DNA of 64,000 nucleotides from an uncultured Chloroflexia bacterium (GTDB lineage Bacteria; Chloroflexota; Ktedonobacteria; Ktedonobacterales; Ktedonobacteraceae): NCBI GenBank assembly GCA_963731415.1, contig CAVSVN010000010.1, positions 7,738 to 71,737 of the forward strand, read 5' to 3'. Shown piece by piece: positions 58,970 to 64,000 of this stretch (position 1 is its first letter; each line of letters starts with the position of its first letter). The notes under the pieces were generated by a model. It saw only the letters and a program-made list of their open reading frames with translations, ran no database searches and was not told where the DNA came from. The position numbers and the translations under genes were made by a program.

Positions 58970-61963
58970 TTAGTGATCATCTATAGAGGATTCTGTAGAA
59001 GACGGTTCCTCTTGTTTTGAGGTTCTCTGTCGGCGCAACTCCTTCGCCTCTTTGTCTCGATGCAAGCGTTCTAAAAGAGAGGCATACTTTTCTCGTACCA
59101 ATTCGACAGGTGGATGCTCAGGGCCAGCCGTCCCGAGAAGGAGAATAGCGATTGCTCGATGAAGCAACGGTACTGCTTCCTCATCCCTCTGTTGATCGAT
59201 CAGCACATCTGCCAGGTTGTTCAGGCTCAACGTGATATCAGGATCAGTTGGGTCCAGGAACTGTTTCTGGATGGCTAATGCGCGTCTCAAAAACGCTTCT
59301 GCTTGTTTCTCATTGTGTATATTCCGGTAGAACTGTGCCAGGTTATTGAAAAAAAGAGCCATATCAGGATGTAGTTCCTGTATCTGTTCATAGATGCTCA
59401 GGGCACGTTGGTAAAGCGGCTCTGCCTTCTGGTACTGTCCTTGCTTGTTGGCGAGGAAGGCCAGATTATTGAGAAAGAGAGCCACATCGGGATGTGGATG
59501 TTCTAGTGTTTGCTCGCCAATCGCCAGTGCTTGCTGATAACGTTCCTCGGCTTGCTGGTTATCACCGCGCGACTCAGCGATGCCTGCCAGTTTATTGAGG
59601 CTATGAGCCGTCTCAGGATGTTTCTTTCCCACTGTTTTCATACTCAGAGTGAGAGCACGCTGATAGAACTGCTCAGCTCGCTGGAAGTTTCCTTGCTGTT
59701 CAGCAATGGAACCCAGGCCATCTAGGGGATGTATCAGGTCAAGGTCGTCAGCAGAGGGGGAGCGTTCGTAGATCGTGAGCGCACGGGAATAGGTCGTTTC
59801 GGCTTCAGCGTAGCGTTTCTGGTACAAATACATCAGAGCGAGATTGTTCAAGGTTTTGGCGACATCGGGGTGGTCAGGACCTTTGCTGCGCTCCTCCAGA
59901 GCGCGTACACGCAGATAAAGGTTCTCAGCCAGTTTATACAGCCCTTGATCTCCATAGAGCATGGCGAGGTTGTGGAGACTCTCTGCCGTTTTGGGATGGT
60001 CGGCGTCCAGCTCCTGTTCTCGCAGCTCAAGTGCATGCTCATGCAGTTCCTTCGCTTCCTGATAATGAGCCAGTTCCGTATGCAGGAGCGCTAACGAGTT
60101 CATTGTCTGCGCTGCATCGAGCCTGTCTGCGTGCAGATGATCTCTATAGAGGTTCATCGCCTGGGTGAGGTATGTTTCGGCCTCGGCGTAGGCTGCCTGC
60201 TGGAAGCGATACGTACCCAGGCGCTCTAAAAGCAGGGCTCCTTCTTTTATTGTAAGCTCATAGTGAGAGATCAGGGTGGCGCACTGTTGTGCATGAGGAA
60301 GATAGCGCTGGCAATCGTCCCAGGTATCAAAACGGACCTCTGGGAAGACGTGATTGATCAGATGCACGACCAGGCGAGCGAAGCGACGTTGTTGTTCCAG
60401 CGGAAGCTTCTCGATGAGCACACGCTGGACAAGGCGATGCATCTGGAGGAGTGCTCTATTATCGGGACTCCGGTAGAGGAGGGAGAAGCTGAGCAAAGCA
60501 GCGAAGGACTGATGGCGTGTTTGTGGGTTCGTGATGAGCATACGTAATGGTCCGCGAAGGACTGATACTCCATTGACGAGAAGTCTTTCAAAGATGGCAT
60601 CAGGGTGCAAAAAGGCCAGCAGATGTAATAAATCCAGATTTGCGTCGGACTCCTGCGCGAACTGTTGAAAGACGAGTTCGAGCGTACTCATCACGGATTT
60701 GTGGTGACCATTTGCCGCTTGTTTGCCCTGGCTTAACAACCATAATTGCTGCTGTTCATAGAGGTCAAGATAGGTGCTGAGATCGCAGCCAGTTTTTTCA
60801 ATGTAGGCTCCCGCTTGATCGAGTGCGAGAGGAAAGCCGCCCAGAGCATCTGTGATGGCCCTGGCCTTCTGCGCGATATCTGTCGGAGCCTCGTCAAGGG
60901 AGGCCTGAGGGGAAAGAAGTGTGGCACGACGCAGCAAGAACAATGTACCTGGATCGGTATCCATCGATGCAATTGTGATAGGGGTAGCATGACCGCCGGT
61001 GTTCTGCTCACGCGTAGTCAAAAGAACGTGTCCACGGCTTTGAGGAGGAACGATCAGCTTCATCAGGTTGAAATCTTCCAGGTAATCGAGCACGAGAAGC
61101 CAGGTTGGTCTGTTTTGCAGGCAGTGCTGGAACGTGGTAAAGAGGTGCTTCTCATTTTGATCATCTTCCACTGAGAGGGAGAGTTGAGTGGCATACGTAC
61201 TGACATCCTTGCTTAAGAGAGCACGAGACGACGCATTGAGCCAGAAGATATCCTGGTATGCTGAAGAGAAGCGAGAACTATACGCCTGGGCAATTTGTGT
61301 TTTGCCCATGCCAGCCATGCCATTAAGAGCTAAAATGGCGGTGGAGTGATTCTCAGCGGAGGCGAAGGAAGAGGCGATTTGCGCAAGAACGGTTTCGCGA
61401 TCCGTAAAAAGACTCGTGTTGATATGTGAGATTGTGGAGGTAAAAGTATGGCGAGGAGTTGTGTGAGGGTATAGTGTCTTGGAATCAACAATTTCCTCGA
61501 CCACAAGGCGGATTCCTTTTGCCACTTCAAGAAGCGCGTCATCACGACGAGGCCACTGGCTCATGGGAACGCCATTGGAAGGAAGCGATTTATAGCGAGC
61601 AAGAGGAGAGATGTCTTGATCTATGGGACGCAACACTACGGGGATCAAGCGTACAGATCCTGTGCTAGCCAGTGCGAGGGCTGGTTGCATTTCGTGCTCA
61701 TAACAGTGCTCAGAGGCAAGGTAATCGGGGCTAACGAGCAAGACGATAATCACCGCAGCGTTCAAGTGGGCCTGAAGGGACTGTATCGTATCGCTCCCAG
61801 AGCTGATCGTGTTGCTGTTGCACCAGAGAAGGTCAGGATACTTCTTTTGCAAAGGAACTAGATGGCTCATAAGGCGCTTGCATAACCTTTTATCCCGGAG
61901 GGAGGAGGTGTTATAGGAGAAGAAGATTTCTTTCCCTTTGAAGTGAGATGAAATTGACATCAT
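58970..61963 (-). CDS. TIR / NB-ARC (STAND NTPase) / TPR-repeat protein
   Basis: TIR_2-like N-terminus (IFFSYNTS...VIIVLLVSPDYLASEHCYEHEM). Walker A GMAGMGKTQIA, Walker B WLLVLDYLED and the GGFPLALDQAG motif. About 10 KLC-type TPR units follow (HP.TA.SLNNLA..Y...G.Y..AE.LY.RAL). Intact 997 aa. Confidence 0.9.
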   Translation of the reverse strand: MMSISSHFKGKEIFFSYNTSSLRDKRLCKRLMSHLVPLQKKYPDLLWCNSNTISSGSDTIQSLQAHLNAAVIIVLLVSPDYLASEHCYEHEMQPALALASTGSVRLIPVVLRPIDQDISPLARYKSLPSNGVPMSQWPRRDDALLEVAKGIRLVVEEIVDSKTLYPHTTPRHTFTSTISHINTSLFTDRETVLAQIASSFASAENHSTAILALNGMAGMGKTQIAQAYSSRFSSAYQDIFWLNASSRALLSKDVSTYATQLSLSVEDDQNEKHLFTTFQHCLQNRPTWLLVLDYLEDFNLMKLIVPPQSRGHVLLTTREQNTGGHATPITIASMDTDPGTLFLLRRATLLSPQASLDEAPTDIAQKARAITDALGGFPLALDQAGAYIEKTGCDLSTYLDLYEQQQLWLLSQGKQAANGHHKSVMSTLELVFQQFAQESDANLDLLHLLAFLHPDAIFERLLVNGVSVLRGPLRMLITNPQTRHQSFAALLSFSLLYRSPDNRALLQMHRLVQRVLIEKLPLEQQRRFARLVVHLINHVFPEVRFDTWDDCQRYLPHAQQCATLISHYELTIKEGALLLERLGTYRFQQAAYAEAETYLTQAMNLYRDHLHADRLDAAQTMNSLALLHTELAHYQEAKELHEHALELREQELDADHPKTAESLHNLAMLYGDQGLYKLAENLYLRVRALEERSKGPDHPDVAKTLNNLALMYLYQKRYAEAETTYSRALTIYERSPSADDLDLIHPLDGLGSIAEQQGNFQRAEQFYQRALTLSMKTVGKKHPETAHSLNKLAGIAESRGDNQQAEERYQQALAIGEQTLEHPHPDVALFLNNLAFLANKQGQYQKAEPLYQRALSIYEQIQELHPDMALFFNNLAQFYRNIHNEKQAEAFLRRALAIQKQFLDPTDPDITLSLNNLADVLIDQQRDEEAVPLLHRAIAILLLGTAGPEHPPVELVREKYASLLERLHRDKEAKELRRQRTSKQEEPSSTESSIDDH

Positions 61964-62216
61964 ACCTATCTCTCAGGAAACTCAAGCGAGTTGTAGCTCC
62001 CTGCATGTAAGTGCAACGGGCAGGAAGGTGTATTCCCTGTATTTCTTCCTTCTCTTCTATTGTAGCATAAGCTGTTGGGATTGTATATAATGCTATCAAT
62101 TTAAGTATTGCTCTCTTTTCTTCAGTCGAGAGTTCTTCCACCAGGTTCATCAGCGAACGAACTACCTTGCGCAGATTTTCATCTTCAATGGTGCTGAGAT
62201 CAATCTCTTCTTGCAT
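61911..62216 (-). CDS. Small acidic helical ORF upstream of, and overlapping, the TIR-STAND gene
   Basis: 101-aa ORF overlapping the STAND start by 53 nt. The Shine-Dalgarno (AGAGG) is weak and there is no recognisable domain. Confidence 0.35.
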   Translation of the reverse strand: MQEEIDLSTIEDENLRKVVRSLMNLVEELSTEEKRAILKLIALYTIPTAYATIEEKEEIQGIHLPARCTYMQGATTRLSFLRDRYDVNFISLQRERNLLLL

Positions 62217-62623
62217 ACTACCAGTTTACCTCTTTTTGCTGCTTTTGTCTGCCCATCTGCCTCGTTCTAGGAGCTTTTGGCTCCTCTCTCTCTACCCTCT
62301 CCCCGGATTATTGAGAGGATATGCAGAGGCCTTATATATTTTGCGATTACTGCAATAGGGCGGCTTAGGTTGCTCCAACAATCCAATCTCAGTCAGCACA
62401 TAACGATAGTCTTCTAAATTATGATTCTGTATACCTGGTTGGACACGCAGAAAATAGGTATTTTTTCCTACGGTAAGTCCGCCCCGTTTGCCTATGTGGG
62501 GGTCTTTCTTTACAGTTCTGCAATAAACGCTGCCTCAAGCTATCCCCTTTGCTTGCTCCTTGCATCTGTCCTTTTCTCACCATTCTGGCAGATTAGCTTT
62601 CTTTTTACAACACAGTCCATATA

Positions 62624-63739
62624 TCACGCCAGAGCGAGCATACGCTCAAGGGCGATTCGAGCCCAGTGAACAACCTCTTCATCGACGCTCACTTGATTGA
62701 TCACCTCACCATCGAGCAGAGCCTCCAGAACCCAGGCGAGATAAGCCGGGTGGATGCGATACATGGTGGAGCAAGGGCAGACGATGGGATCGAGGCAGAA
62801 GATAAACTGATCGGGATGTTCCTGCGCGAGACGGTGCACGAGATTGATCTCGGTCGCGACACCCCATTGGGTACCAGCGGGAGCACGCTCGATCTGCTCA
62901 ATGATATATTCGGTTGAGCCATAAAGATCGGCGGCGGCAACGACTTCATGACGACATTCGGGATGAACCAGGATTTTGATATCGGGATAGGTTGCACGTG
63001 CTTTTTCGATCTGTTGGACGCTGAAGCGCATATGGGTAGAGCAGTGGCCTTTCCAGAGGATGATTTTTGCCCGCTCAATCTCCTCTTCGGCATCCTCAGA
63101 AGCCATCGGATCTTTAGGATTCCAGACGGTCATCTGTTGCTCAGGGATGCCATATTTGAGTCCAGTGTTGCGACCCAGGTGTTCATCGGGGAAGAACAGG
63201 ACGCGTTTTCCCTGTTTGAAGGCCCATTTGATGACGGCTGGTGCATTGGATGAGGTGCAGACGATGCCACCGTTCCGACCACAGAAGGCTTTGAGGTTGG
63301 CGGCGGAGTTCATATATGTTACGGGGATAATACCTGCGTCATCTCCCAATTGATCCGCAAGCATCTGCCAGCATTCCTCGACCTCGGCGATATTTGCCAT
63401 GTCGGCCATCGAACAGCCAGCAGCAGGATTAGGCAGGATGACTTTCTGGTGTGTTCCGCTCAAGATATCGGCGCTCTCGGCCATAAAGTGAACGCCACAG
63501 AAGAGGATGTAATCGGCTTGAGGACGTGCGGCGGCCAGTTGTGCCAGTTTAAAGGAATCGCCACGATAATCTGCATATTTGATGATCTCGTCGCGCTGAT
63601 AGTGATGGCCGAGGATGACGAGGCGTTCGCCGAGCGTTTCTCTGGCGGCTGTGATGCGGCGATCCAGTTCTTCGCCAGACATTTCAGCATAAAACGAGAG
63701 GAATGTTATCGCTGCGTTTCGACAGATCATGTTTTGCAC
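62624..63739 (-). CDS. nadA: Quinolinate synthase NadA
   Basis: LVILGHHYQRDEI..YADYRGDSFKLA, CGVHFMAESADIL and HPEC motifs. The start may be the internal MSGEELDRR at 63682. Confidence 0.9.
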   Translation of the reverse strand: MQNMICRNAAITFLSFYAEMSGEELDRRITAARETLGERLVILGHHYQRDEIIKYADYRGDSFKLAQLAAARPQADYILFCGVHFMAESADILSGTHQKVILPNPAAGCSMADMANIAEVEECWQMLADQLGDDAGIIPVTYMNSAANLKAFCGRNGGIVCTSSNAPAVIKWAFKQGKRVLFFPDEHLGRNTGLKYGIPEQQMTVWNPKDPMASEDAEEEIERAKIILWKGHCSTHMRFSVQQIEKARATYPDIKILVHPECRHEVVAAADLYGSTEYIIEQIERAPAGTQWGVATEINLVHRLAQEHPDQFIFCLDPIVCPCSTMYRIHPAYLAWVLEALLDGEVINQVSVDEEVVHWARIALERMLALA

Positions 63740-63837
63740 GTGTCCGTGGCGAGAGCAATGGTAAAACGCGTGTTTCCTGGCTTTCTGCGCACTCGGTATT
63801 TATTGCCATCAGTTTTTCTCCTTTAATTAACACACAA

Positions 63838-64000
63838 TCAGGCAAATTCTAGCGAGACATCAAAATTGGGCGCTGAGTGCGTTAAAGCACCGAGCGAGAT
63901 AAAATCAACGCCCGTGGAGGCGACGGCATGCAAGCGTTCACTATTGGTACCGATATTGCCGGACGCCTCAATTAATACCGAGGGGCGCAACTTTCCGTAT
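63838..64000 (-). CDS. nadC: Nicotinate-nucleotide pyrophosphorylase NadC, C-terminal part (runs off the window)
   Basis: The minus strand reads ...IEASGNIGTNSERLHAVASTGVDFISLGALTHSAPNFDVSLEFA*, the conserved NadC C-terminus. Confidence 0.8.
   Translation of the reverse strand, partial: YGKLRPSVLIEASGNIGTNSERLHAVASTGVDFISLGALTHSAPNFDVSLEFA

Noticed and set aside
58644-58973. A 109-aa Lys/Pro-rich ORF converges on the STAND gene.
   Set aside because: It has no recognisable domain or ribosome-binding site. I keep it only as part of the gene-poor-spacer finding, not as a feature.

Overview
This 64-kb window looks like chromosomal DNA from a large-genome filamentous Chloroflexota, possibly Ktedonobacteria-like. 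That assignment is inferred from gene content only; no database search was possible.

Backbone genes that I can recognise from motifs:
- UbiA-type prenyltransferase, Crp/Fnr regulator and an acyl-CoA synthetase (with a truncated paralog next to it)
- GntR/ABC-2 exporter operon
- DUF1858-Mrp/ApbC ATPase, mutM, larB, a KGG-repeat stress protein and ftsZ
- CheY-like receiver, LOG and HAD proteins
- FMN riboswitch in front of a RibXY-like ABC importer
- F420 cluster (cofE, nitroreductase, cofD, cofC), glnA and nadA-nadC

About 40% of the window is accessory or mobile DNA:
- A Tn3-family transposon (8983-15292) carrying a tyrosine recombinase and an HTTM/SdpB-like plus SdpA-like cargo pair
- An IS256 fragment
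- Two IS110-family copies, one nested inside an IS3 element
- An IS21-family element
- Decayed tyrosine and serine recombinases, another transposase remnant and an Rhs/SUKH remnant

Most interesting loci:
1. 5.6-8.5 kb: a WXG100-like small protein, a polymorphic-toxin-like ORF and two orphan ORFs, possibly a type VII-style toxin/immunity cassette.
2. 59.0-62.2 kb: an intact 997-aa TIR/NB-ARC/TPR STAND NTPase with a small upstream ORF.
3. The SdpAB-like cargo on the Tn3 element.
4. 45.3-48.1 kb: a TetR + DUF6114-like + DUF6230-like module of unknown function.
5. Candidate IS110 bridge-RNA regions and a 26-bp perfect inverted repeat around one IS110 copy.

Many genes, including core ones (glnA, cofE, cofC, ribXY-like), carry frame disruptions. 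From sequence alone I cannot tell real decay from assembly indel errors.
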